A stretch of 26,096 bases of DNA, taken from the NCBI GenBank assembly GCA_964508665.1, contig CAZDUQ010000005.1, positions 1 to 26,096 on the forward strand. The letters are read 5' to 3'. Below are positions 16,045 to 24,592 of this stretch, piece by piece (positions within the stretch are counted from its first letter, which is position 1; every line of letters begins with the position of its first letter). The notes under the pieces are model-generated. The model did no database searches and was not told the origin of the DNA. It was given only the letters and a program-made list of their open reading frames with translations. The position numbers were made by a program, and so were the translations under genes. The DNA is from an uncultured Oscillospiraceae bacterium (GTDB lineage: Bacteria; Bacillota; Clostridia; Oscillospirales; Butyricicoccaceae).

Positions 16045-16193
16045 AGCTGAATAAGGTCTCCCGTCTGCTGTTCGCGGCGGCGGCACTGCTGCTGGGCAGC
16101 GTTCTGCAAAATGTCACCGGCCAGCCGGTGTTCTTCCTGCTGGGCGCTGTCGTCTGCGTCATCATCTTCGGCTTCGTAGGCCGGAAAAAGTAA
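16041..16193 (+). CDS. Small two-TM membrane protein (50 aa)
   Basis: GTG overlaps the nitroreductase TGA; two hydrophobic stretches and a basic tail (GRKK). Confidence 0.55.
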   Translation: MKLNKVSRLLFAAAALLLGSVLQNVTGQPVFFLLGAVVCVIIFGFVGRKK

Positions 16194-16281
16194 AAGCATG
16201 CAAAAAGCCGCCCAAGGGCGCATGCTGCCAAAACAATCATCTAAAAGCCACGCAATTGACAGCTGTGAAACAGGCTCAGAC

Positions 16282-16324
16282 AAAACAGACGACATTCAAC
16301 AACCATTGAACGTCGTCTGTTTTT
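16282..16324 (+). terminator. Intrinsic terminator
   Basis: AAAACAGACGAC-ATTCAA...TTGAAC-GTCGTCTGTTTTT. Confidence 0.75.
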
Positions 16325-16461
16325 ATATCTTTAACTGTGAAATGCACCCGTTTTCCGTTTTACAGGGTGCGAATCGCAGTGAGAAATAATGATTCGAGAG
16401 ATGACATTTACACAGGCCATTCAAAAAAAGCCAGTCTTCCAGATATGTCCTTCCGGAGTTT

Positions 16462-16487
16462 AGCCAGTCTTTTCAGACTGGCTTTTT
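16462..16487 (+). terminator. Terminator-like hairpin upstream of the AbrB-family gene
   Basis: AGCCAGTCT-TTTC-AGACTGGCT-TTTT. Confidence 0.55.
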
Positions 16488-16498
16488 CAATAGCTTTC

Positions 16499-16517
16499 TT
16501 GCATACAAGCTATGCAA
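16499..16517. promoter_or_regulatory. Candidate LysR operator
   Basis: Perfect palindrome TTGCATA-N5-TATGCAA containing T-N11-A. Confidence 0.5.
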
Positions 16518-16627
16518 AAACGATATTTCCCTTTACAGTTATCCCCTTTTATAATCATTTACAGGACTACTCTGAACATCGGAAAAGTAAAGAGCAATCT
16601 TGCAGCCATATAGAAAGGAAGGTCTAC

Positions 16628-17662
16628 ATGATCCATTTTTTAATAACCGTCTTTATTGGTGCAATCACAGGCTTTACTTTTTATAAATTGAAAATACCGG
16701 GCGGCATGATGGTAGGAGCGCTGGTCGGATCTGTCCTTTTGAATTTAACAACAGATGTGGCGTATATGCCATACACGGCCCGACTGATGGCGCAGATCAC
16801 AGCCGGCGCGTTTGTTGGTGCCTCTGTCCAGCGCAGCGATATACAGCGGCTGCCGAAGCTGGCAAAGCCAGCCTGCATTCTGGTGGGAGGCATGCTGATA
16901 TTAAATATCGTCATGGGAATCGTGATTCATCATGTCAGCGGCCTGGACTGGATGACCTCCTTCTTCTGCGCTGTACCCGGAGGCATGAGTGACACTCCGA
17001 TCCTCGCAGCAGAGATGGGCGCAAATGGCGCGGCGGTGGCATTGATGCAATTTTCCCGGTTGGTATGCGGTATTGGCATTTTCCCATCTCTCATTGCCTG
17101 GATGACGCGAAACGAGCCGCAATCCGGGCAGCTTTCTCAGGGAAAGGCTAAAAAGGAAACGGGTACGGCAATCGATCTCCTCGCGACGCTTTGTGTCGCA
17201 GGAGGCTGTGGTATCGTCGGTAAGCTCTCCGGCATTCCCGTAGGCGCATTGACCTTCTCCATGATCGGAACCGCAATTTTTAAGCTGGCCTGCGGCCGCG
17301 CAGTGATTCCGCTGTGGCTCAAGCGACTGGCGCAGGTTCTGTCCGGCACTTACATCGGCTGCTCCATCGGGCTGCAGGAATTGCTGGATCTGCGAACCCT
17401 GCTGCTGCCTGCACTGCTCCTGGTGTCCGGCTACTTATTGAACTGTATTTTACTCAGCGCACTGCTTCACAAATCTTGCGGGCTTTCCCGGCGAGTTGCC
17501 ATGCTGTCGGCCACTCCTGCCGGCGCAAATGATATGGCGTTAATTTCCGGAGATTTGGGAGTTGCATCGCCGGATCTGAATGTGCTGCAGATCGTTCGGA
17601 TGATTACGGCTGTCTCTCTCTTTCCGCAGGTGATCTGTCTGCTTGTTTCCTGTTTGGAATAA
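16628..17662 (+). CDS. AbrB-family (E. coli AbrB / 'putative ammonia monooxygenase') duplicated membrane protein (344 aa)
   Basis: AAAGGAAGG RBS; two homologous hydrophobic halves with PGGMSD and PAGANDM motifs and QFSR / QIVR endings. Confidence 0.82.
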   Translation: MIHFLITVFIGAITGFTFYKLKIPGGMMVGALVGSVLLNLTTDVAYMPYTARLMAQITAGAFVGASVQRSDIQRLPKLAKPACILVGGMLILNIVMGIVIHHVSGLDWMTSFFCAVPGGMSDTPILAAEMGANGAAVALMQFSRLVCGIGIFPSLIAWMTRNEPQSGQLSQGKAKKETGTAIDLLATLCVAGGCGIVGKLSGIPVGALTFSMIGTAIFKLACGRAVIPLWLKRLAQVLSGTYIGCSIGLQELLDLRTLLLPALLLVSGYLLNCILLSALLHKSCGLSRRVAMLSATPAGANDMALISGDLGVASPDLNVLQIVRMITAVSLFPQVICLLVSCLE

Positions 17663-17719
17663 AATGCATACCAAAGCGCGCGTATGCCGGGTGCCTTCCA
17701 ATGCAACGATTCCGGAAAG

Positions 17720-18718
17720 TCAGAAACGGCCATTTGCAATGCCTGAGAAATCAATATCATGTCGGACATATATCTGTGTCGTCTGCTCCTCAACATACTG
17801 CTTAATTTGCCGAAGCGCAACTTCCATAAATATTTTTGCGGCATCGCTCAAGGCCCGCCTTTCGCAGTAGGCTACTCCTATGGTTCGACAAAACAGCTGG
17901 TCACTTAGCGTGCAAAAGAGCGGCTCTGGGGAAAATCGCTCATCATTGGCAACTGCAGCCGGTGCCAAGGCAAAGCCACCGCCACTCGGCGCCATCTGAT
18001 AGGCCACAGTGGAGTTGACCAGATTGATGACCGAAACGGGACGAATATCATGCAAATCAAACATCTGGTGTCCCACATAATAGGTGTTCTGGGAGGGTGT
18101 CGCCGAAAAATAGGGGATCTGTTCAAGCACCTTTGGGGGTATCAGTTGTAAAACATCCGGCCGATTGGGCGGTAAAAGCAAAGGCTTTAAAATATCAGCC
18201 TGTCGGCTGACCACCAGCATCATTTTCTCACGAAAAAGAGGCTCCAAAACAATCCCCTTATTCAATACCGGCGCGGAACCCATTAAGAATAAGTCGATAC
18301 TGCCTTTCAGCAAAAGCTGCTCCAGGGTACTGGTGTTGCTTTCCACCATTTGCACATCGATATGAGGGCAGGCTTTGACGAAAGTCGGCAGTACGCGTGG
18401 AAGCCAGGTGGCGGCACGGGTCGTTGGAATTCCCAAGACCAAACGGTCTCTTTTTCTGTCGGCAATGTCTGCCATTTCCATGTCCAGCTTCTGCTTCAGA
18501 ACCATGATTTCTTTTAGCCCTTCAACATATTTTTCCCCCGCATAGGTCAGTCGGATCGGAGAATAGGATCGGTCAAACAGCTTGACACCCAGCTCTGCTT
18601 CGATGTTTTTAATGCATCGTGTCAAGGCAGGTTGGGAAATGAAGCAGGCTTCTGCCGCCTTGGAAAAACTCTTTAGTTCCGCCACGGCTAATAAATAGTT
18701 GAGTTTATTAAAATCCAT
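17720..18718 (-). CDS. LysR-family transcriptional regulator (332 aa)
   Basis: Start at 18718: MDFNKLNYLLAVAELKSFSKAAEACFISQPALTRCIKNIEAELGVKLFDR...LTYAGE. Confidence 0.93.
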   Translation of the reverse strand: MDFNKLNYLLAVAELKSFSKAAEACFISQPALTRCIKNIEAELGVKLFDRSYSPIRLTYAGEKYVEGLKEIMVLKQKLDMEMADIADRKRDRLVLGIPTTRAATWLPRVLPTFVKACPHIDVQMVESNTSTLEQLLLKGSIDLFLMGSAPVLNKGIVLEPLFREKMMLVVSRQADILKPLLLPPNRPDVLQLIPPKVLEQIPYFSATPSQNTYYVGHQMFDLHDIRPVSVINLVNSTVAYQMAPSGGGFALAPAAVANDERFSPEPLFCTLSDQLFCRTIGVAYCERRALSDAAKIFMEVALRQIKQYVEEQTTQIYVRHDIDFSGIANGRF

Positions 18719-18792
18719 ACGGCACTTTCCGCCCCTCTTACAGCTTTTGCAGATTTGTCCTGCTGAGATAATTGTAGCGAAAAAATTGTCTT

Positions 18793-18865
18793 TTGCATAA
18801 TGCCTATTTTGCATATCTGACATAAAAAAGGAGTATTGGACATTTTCTGCTATAACCGCTATATT
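18793..18865 (+). promoter_or_regulatory. Candidate LysR sites plus sigma-A promoter of the amidohydrolase-abgT-M20 operon
   Basis: TTGCATA at 18793 and 18809; TGGACA (18837-18842), 17 nt, TATATT (18860-18865). Confidence 0.5.
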
Positions 18866-18917
18866 GAAATCAAACGGCAATCGCTATCCGTAAAACGCTT
18901 GAAAGGAGTGCATTCTC

Positions 18918-20543
18918 ATGAGAAAACCGGATATTGCCTATATCAACGGCAAGGTCTATACGGTGGACGATCGGTTTACCGTTGTCTCTGCATTTGCGCT
19001 GTCGGATGACCGTTTTGTGATGATCGGCACCGATGCGGAAGTATTATCCAGTTGTCCACCGGGTACACCGGTCGTGGATTTGAAGGGGCAGGTAGTCCTT
19101 CCCGGCTTGATCGACGCACATCTGCACATCGCGGGCACCGGAGCGCTGAAGCTTGAGCTCAATCTGGTGGGAAAGAGCAAGCAGGAAATTTTGAATTTGG
19201 TAAGCAACGCTTACCGAACCGTAAAGCCAAATGAGTGGATAACAGGCCGCGGATGGATCAACGATGAGTGGGCAGATGATCCTTCTTTTCCAGGCAGGGA
19301 AGAACTGGATGCCGTGGCGCCGGATGCGCCGGTTTATCTGAAGCGAGGCTGCGGCCACGGTGCCTGGGTAAACAGCAAAGCGTTTTCTGTCGTTGGCATT
19401 ACAGATGACACGCCCAGCCCTGTGGGCGGAGAAATTATGAAAAAGCCGGATGGAACGCTCCTGGGTATTGTGACAGATCAGGCACAGGATCCTTTCAATA
19501 AGGCGATTCCACCCTACACGGAAGATCAGCTTCAGCAGATCGCGCTTTTAGCACAGAAGGGATTTTTCGAGCAGGGCATCACCTCAGTGCAGGATGCGGG
19601 AAGCTTTGACCATTGGGTGGATGCATGGGAAAAGCTCTATCAACGAAAAGAACTGAAAATGCGCATGTACGTCAGCCTGCGGATCGTTGGGCGGCCCAGT
19701 TACGAAGAACTGCTAGAGGGCTCCAAACGATATTTTGAGCATGGCATGCGGATCGGTGCCTATGATAATCGGCTTACCTATCGCGCTTACAAAATTTCCG
19801 GAGATGGATCTCTCGGTTCTCGCAGCGCATGGATGCTGGAGGACTATTCTGATGCGCCCGGTAACCGGGGTTGCGGAAAATGGACCGACGAAGAACTCTA
19901 CAACATTTTATATCCCGCACATCGTGCTGGCTTCCAGATTTGGTATCACGGTATCGGCGACGCGGCCTGCCGACAGGCACTGAACTGTTTTGAGCGGTTG
20001 CAGTCAGAATGGCCCCGGCCCGACTGCCGCCATCGTATTGAGCACTCGCAATGCCTTGCCTCCGAGGATTTGCATCGGTACAAAGATCTCGGTGTCATTC
20101 CCACACATCAAACCGTCTTCCTGCGAACAGATAAGCGTGTAGCGGAAGCCCGCTGGGGAAAATCGCGTATGAAGGGTGCTTACGCGTGGCGCACACTGAT
20201 CGATCAGGGAAATGTGCTTCCTAACGGCTCTGATTCTCCGGTAGAAAGCTTTAACCCGTTTCTGGGGATGTACTGCGCCATTGCCCGCAAGGATGAGAAG
20301 GGGCAACCGGAAGACGGCTGGTACCCCGGGGAACGCATGACACGCGAAGAGGCCCTTCGCTCTTACACGACATGGGCCGCTTACGGAGCATTTGAAGAAC
20401 ATCTGAAGGGGTCTATTGCAGTGGGCAAGCTGGCAGATTTCATTATCATCGACAGAGATATTATGCTTTGCCCCGAGGATGCGATCAAAGACACCCGCGT
20501 CTTGCAGACCGTGGTAGGAGGTGAAACGGTTTACACAAGGTAA
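18918..20543 (+). CDS. YtcJ-like (Amidohydro_3) metal-dependent amidohydrolase
   Basis: DAHLH, GRGW, DGSLGSRSAWM, HGIGD, RIEHSQ, GSDSPV, GKLADF. Confidence 0.9.
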   Translation: MRKPDIAYINGKVYTVDDRFTVVSAFALSDDRFVMIGTDAEVLSSCPPGTPVVDLKGQVVLPGLIDAHLHIAGTGALKLELNLVGKSKQEILNLVSNAYRTVKPNEWITGRGWINDEWADDPSFPGREELDAVAPDAPVYLKRGCGHGAWVNSKAFSVVGITDDTPSPVGGEIMKKPDGTLLGIVTDQAQDPFNKAIPPYTEDQLQQIALLAQKGFFEQGITSVQDAGSFDHWVDAWEKLYQRKELKMRMYVSLRIVGRPSYEELLEGSKRYFEHGMRIGAYDNRLTYRAYKISGDGSLGSRSAWMLEDYSDAPGNRGCGKWTDEELYNILYPAHRAGFQIWYHGIGDAACRQALNCFERLQSEWPRPDCRHRIEHSQCLASEDLHRYKDLGVIPTHQTVFLRTDKRVAEARWGKSRMKGAYAWRTLIDQGNVLPNGSDSPVESFNPFLGMYCAIARKDEKGQPEDGWYPGERMTREEALRSYTTWAAYGAFEEHLKGSIAVGKLADFIIIDRDIMLCPEDAIKDTRVLQTVVGGETVYTR

Positions 20544-20591
20544 ACGCAGAACCCGTACACAGCACATTATGAGACAGAAAGGGGAAAAACA

Positions 20592-22163
20592 ATGGAAACA
20601 ACTAAAGAGAAAAAAGGATTATTCTTCAAGTTCATTCATGGTATTGAGGTCGTCGGAAATAAGCTTCCGCATCCCTTCTACCTGTTCAGTATCCTGATCG
20701 TTGTAGCCTTTCTTCTTTCGGTGATTTTTGCCGGCGCAACTACAACCTATGAAAAAGCCTCCTCCTCCGGCGGAACACCTGAAATCGTTGAGGTCACAAT
20801 CAAGAACCTGATCAATAAAGATACCATAACCTATGTGACCCAGAATATGTACAGCATCTACTATAATTTCTCCCCGATGATGATGATGGGATTGCTGATG
20901 CTGTCCATCGGACTCGCAGAGGAAGTCGGACTGTTCGGTGCCTTTATTAAACGCTTCATCGGAGGCGCAAAGCCCGCCATTGTATTTGCCGTAGTGTCCT
21001 TTATCGCGATCAACGCAAATACGGCCTCCAATGCCGGCATTCTGGGGTGCACAGCTGTTGCGGCATCGGTTTTTGCGGCGATGGGTTATAATCCCTGGTT
21101 GGGTATTCTGCTGGCCTATGCCGCCGGTAACGCCGGTATGTCTGCCAATGTTTTTGTCGGCAATCTGGATGTTCTGATCAGCGGCATTAACGAATCGGTC
21201 TGCACTGCACTGGGGATCGACACTGCCGGTGTTCATGTCCTGGAGCACTGGTATTTCATGGCTACCTGTGCTGTGGTTTTGACAGTCGTTTATACCGTCA
21301 TCACAGTGAAATTTGTTCGCCCCTATCTTGGTGAGGCCAAGGATCTGTCGTTGGTTCAGGAAACCGGCGCAAGCAATGTCCTCACTGATCTTGAACGAAA
21401 GGGTCTGCGCAACGCGGGGATCTCTGCCGTGGTTTATCTTCTGTTCTGGGTCATCCTCTGCATTCCTAAAGACTCGTTTTTCCGTGCCGCTGATGGGTCT
21501 ATTTTGCCCAATTCTCCGTTGCTTAAAAGTGTTCTGACGATTTTATTCCTGTTTTTCCTGGTGACAGCCATTGCTTACGGCCGCACAGTCGGAAAAATCG
21601 GCAAATGGAAGGAACTTCCCGGAATGCTCGCTAAAAGCATTCAGTCTATGGTCAATTTTATGGTGATTGCCCTGCCTGCTTCCCTGTTTATTTATCTCTT
21701 CAATGCATCCAACATCCCCACTTTCCTCGGCGCAGTTGGAGGCAGCTGGTTAAAGGCAACCGGTATCACCGGATTTGGTCTGTTCGTCGCGGTAGCGTTG
21801 TTCTCAACCTTCCTGAATCTGTTTATGACATCCGGGTCATCGAAATGGATGATTCTTGCGCCCATCCTGATCCCCATGCTGTATACGCTGGGATACAGCC
21901 CCGCAATGACCAGTGTAATCTACCGAATCGGTGATTCCGCGACCAACGCCGTAGCGCCCATTTCCTCCGACATTGCGCTGATCGTTGGCCTGTTGGCCAA
22001 ATACAACACGGATAAAAGCAAAGAACCCGGCATGGGCACGGTTTTTGCAGGTTGTATGCCCTATGCAATCGCCACCTTTATCGCGGAATTGTTGATTCTG
22101 GCGGTGTGGTGGATCCTGAAGTTGCCGCTGGGCCCCGGCGTTTCCATGACGATCGGCGGCTGA
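20592..22163 (+). CDS. abgT: AbgT-family transporter
   Basis: IEVVGNKLPHP, GMSAN, HWYFM, TSGSSKW, YRIGDSATN signatures; many TM segments. The symbol denotes the family, not a proven substrate. Confidence 0.9.
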   Translation: METTKEKKGLFFKFIHGIEVVGNKLPHPFYLFSILIVVAFLLSVIFAGATTTYEKASSSGGTPEIVEVTIKNLINKDTITYVTQNMYSIYYNFSPMMMMGLLMLSIGLAEEVGLFGAFIKRFIGGAKPAIVFAVVSFIAINANTASNAGILGCTAVAASVFAAMGYNPWLGILLAYAAGNAGMSANVFVGNLDVLISGINESVCTALGIDTAGVHVLEHWYFMATCAVVLTVVYTVITVKFVRPYLGEAKDLSLVQETGASNVLTDLERKGLRNAGISAVVYLLFWVILCIPKDSFFRAADGSILPNSPLLKSVLTILFLFFLVTAIAYGRTVGKIGKWKELPGMLAKSIQSMVNFMVIALPASLFIYLFNASNIPTFLGAVGGSWLKATGITGFGLFVAVALFSTFLNLFMTSGSSKWMILAPILIPMLYTLGYSPAMTSVIYRIGDSATNAVAPISSDIALIVGLLAKYNTDKSKEPGMGTVFAGCMPYAIATFIAELLILAVWWILKLPLGPGVSMTIGG

Positions 22164-22209
22164 CAGAACGCACTTTGCAGCTTGACGCTCCTTAACATAG
22201 AACCCCTTG

Positions 22210-22250
22210 TGCATGGCTCACGGTGGCTGGCTGCTGCCGTGAGTCATGCA
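22210..22250 (+). repeat. Long intergenic hairpin between abgT and the M20 gene
   Basis: TGCATGGCTCACGG...CCGTGAGTCATGCA (14 bp, one G-U), with no U-tract. Confidence 0.7.
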
Positions 22251-22309
22251 TTCTGACAGGGGGGACAGCGCATAAAAGCAAACGAAGAAAACAAAAGAGG
22301 AGGTTCTCT

Positions 22310-23428
22310 ATGTTATCTATCAACAAGGAACGCGTGGTACAAACCTTTTTAGAATATGTGCGTATTGACAGCGAGACGCACTTTGAAAAGGAAATCGCTG
22401 CCAGGCTTGTCGCAGATCTCACGGCTTTGGGCCTTGAGGTCTATACAGACAAAGCCGGAGAAAAGCAGGGCGTTGATTCAAACGGTGCGAATGTCTATGC
22501 GTTTTTGAAGGGGGATCCCGCGCAGGACACGATACTCTTCAGCGCACACATGGATACGGTCGCACCTGGAAAAGGAATTGAACCTTATATTGAGGACGGC
22601 TATATCCGCAGTCGCGGTAACACCGTTCTGGGGGCAGATGACAAATCCGGTGTGGCTGCAATCATGGAGGCCCTTCGCAGGCTGGTGGAGAGCGGTGTAC
22701 CACATCGCCCTGTAGAGGTTGTCTTTACGATCCGTGAAGAGGGCGGCCTGAACGGCTCTGCCAATCTGGAATACGATCGCCTCCACGCCCGGTATGGCGT
22801 TGTTCTGGATGCCAGCAATGATGTGGGAAAGATCGTTACCAGCGCACCGGGACAGCTGCGGCTCTATGCGGATATTTATGGGAAAAAAGCACATGCCGGT
22901 TCCGATCCGGAAAAAGGCGTCAGTGCAATCCAGGCGGCCGCGGTGGCTGTCAGCCGAATGCGCTTACAGCGGATCGATGAGGAAACTACCGCAAATATCG
23001 GCACATTTTCCTGTGTTGGCGCTACAAATGTGGTACAGGATCATGTTACCTTCAGCGCAGAGGCCAGAAGCAGAAATCAGGATAAACTGCAGCAGCAGGG
23101 AGAGCATATGCTGCAATGTCTGCAATCAGCCTGTCAGGAGCTCGGCGCTCAGCTGGAATATCGACTTGTGCAGAGCTACCGGAGCTATGCCTTTTCAGAC
23201 AGTCACCCGCATGTGCAGCTGTTGATGCGCAAATGCAGAGAAATCGGTATTGCGCCCTGGACGACCTATACCGGCGGCGGTACGGACGGAAATAATTTTA
23301 ATGCGCATGGCATCGAGACTGTGGTGCTGGCCTGCGGTATGGAAATGGAGCATACCGCAAGCGAGCAGATATTGATTCGCAATTTGCAGGATGCTGCGCT
23401 GCTGGTGTTGAATATTATGGTCTGCTGA
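22310..23428 (+). CDS. M20 family (peptidase T-like) metallohydrolase (372 aa)
   Basis: AGGAGG RBS before ATG 22310; HMDTV, GADDKSG, EEGGL, HAG, GGGTDGN, HTASE. Confidence 0.9.
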   Translation: MLSINKERVVQTFLEYVRIDSETHFEKEIAARLVADLTALGLEVYTDKAGEKQGVDSNGANVYAFLKGDPAQDTILFSAHMDTVAPGKGIEPYIEDGYIRSRGNTVLGADDKSGVAAIMEALRRLVESGVPHRPVEVVFTIREEGGLNGSANLEYDRLHARYGVVLDASNDVGKIVTSAPGQLRLYADIYGKKAHAGSDPEKGVSAIQAAAVAVSRMRLQRIDEETTANIGTFSCVGATNVVQDHVTFSAEARSRNQDKLQQQGEHMLQCLQSACQELGAQLEYRLVQSYRSYAFSDSHPHVQLLMRKCREIGIAPWTTYTGGGTDGNNFNAHGIETVVLACGMEMEHTASEQILIRNLQDAALLVLNIMVC

Positions 23429-23448
23429 TTCCATGGAGAAATATACAT

Positions 23449-23748
23449 ATGCTAAACCGTAAGAGAGCGCGCGTTGCGATCATCGTGATCTGCATCGGAA
23501 TTTTGATAAGCTGTCTCTCCTTTCTTTTCTGGCAAAAATGGATGTTCTATACAGGTGTGCTTGTCCTGCTTTGCGGGATGTGGATCCCGGATGTCCGATG
23601 CCCAAACTGCAAGCGATTTTTCGTAACAGGGACCTGGGAGATTAAGTTCCATTGGGACAAACCGACGGAGGGTAATTGCCCAAAATGCGGAAAGCTACTC
23701 CTGTATGATGACCAGCCATCAGCAGATGCAGGCTGTATGGATGAATAG
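23449..23748 (+). CDS. Small membrane protein with C-terminal Zn-ribbon (99 aa)
   Basis: GGAG RBS; two TM segments, then CPNC...CPKC. Confidence 0.65.
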   Translation: MLNRKRARVAIIVICIGILISCLSFLFWQKWMFYTGVLVLLCGMWIPDVRCPNCKRFFVTGTWEIKFHWDKPTEGNCPKCGKLLLYDDQPSADAGCMDE

Positions 23749-23886
23749 TTATGTTTCGACCTGCTCAACAAAAGTCGAGCGGCAGCAATGCGGATACCCG
23801 ACCGATCGTATCCAGTGCCGCATGAACAGTCATTGCTGAATCGATTTCTCAAAAAGATAAGCCCGCCATTACTTGAAAAAAGCAAA

Positions 23887-23922
23887 AGGCGTTCATTGAC
23901 TTGCTGAGGTCAATGAACGCCT
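23887..23922. terminator. Hairpin/terminator between the island and the cupin gene
   Basis: AGGCGTTCATTGAC-N8-GTCAATGAACGCCT with an A-rich left flank. Confidence 0.7.
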
Positions 23923-24089
23923 GCTTCATCATTATTCAATTTTCCGTCTTTGCTTTGCTGAGCGTGACCGCTGTTGAAAACTCTCGAAAATATCCGTCAG
24001 CACAAAACAGGGCCAAGGCGGCTTTTCACGGTTTCATTGGCGCATATGCAGGCCGTCTGCCGGACAGGGGCGGCGACCCCGCGCTTTTC

Positions 24090-24443
24090 TTACACCTTCA
24101 GGATCACCGCCAGCATCCGTGCCGGCGCTTCCGACCGATTCTCGATGGCGTGAGACACGCCGCTGTGGGCATAGGATGCGTCCCCGGGCCGCAGCTCGGT
24201 CTCCCTGCCGTCCTCGATCAAGGTCAGCACGCCCTCCAGCAGATAATAGACCTCGGCGTCGCCATCGTGAACATGGGGCCCGATGGAGTCACCGGGATCA
24301 AAGAAAAACTCGGTGAACAGCGTGGCAGAGCCGAACATGGCATCGGGCTCGATGATGTGCCGGTTTTCCAGCCGACCGTTGCCGCCCCAGATGTTGTCCC
24401 GCACCTGTACCCTCTGCGCTTCCTTGCGAATGACCATAAGCAA
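24090..24443 (-). CDS. Cupin domain protein (117 aa)
   Basis: GGGAGG RBS; PGDSIGPHVH..DAEVYYLLEG and GVSHAIEN cupin motifs. Confidence 0.88.
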   Translation of the reverse strand: MLMVIRKEAQRVQVRDNIWGGNGRLENRHIIEPDAMFGSATLFTEFFFDPGDSIGPHVHDGDAEVYYLLEGVLTLIEDGRETELRPGDASYAHSGVSHAIENRSEAPARMLAVILKV

Positions 24444-24470
24444 AACCTCCCGTGATCGCTTTTCTCTTAC

Positions 24471-24498
24471 AGCATACCAGAAACGCCCGAAAAATCAA
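24471..24498 (-). promoter_or_regulatory. Promoter of the cupin gene
   Basis: TTGATT, 16 nt, TATGCT with an extended TG. Confidence 0.45.
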
Positions 24499-24592
24499 GT
24501 CCTTCACTTCGTTGTGGCAAAAAAGAGGTGCGAATTATTACACTGACATGTTTTAGTTTGATCACGAATGTGTCCATGAAAACAGCTTAGAA

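Larger units (their letters stand above)
16195..23930. other. Lower-GC accessory island (boundaries approximate)
   Basis: Abrupt compositional and codon-usage change after 16193. Spot counts: 30/60 GC at 20941-21000, versus 40/60 at 8221-8280 and 43/60 at 24181-24240. No mobility gene seen. Confidence 0.7.

Noticed and set aside
16337-16627. N-terminal extensions of the AbrB (16337), LysR (18880) and M20 (22223) track ORFs
   Set aside because: They run through regulatory or hairpin sequence; family-typical starts are at 16628, 18718 and 22310.
16195-23930. Call as an integrative or mobile element
   Set aside because: No integrase, transposase or tRNA, and no convincing flanking direct repeats; kept only as a compositional island.
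23901-24455. 184-aa plus-strand ORF
   Set aside because: Antisense to the cupin gene, spans a terminator, no RBS.
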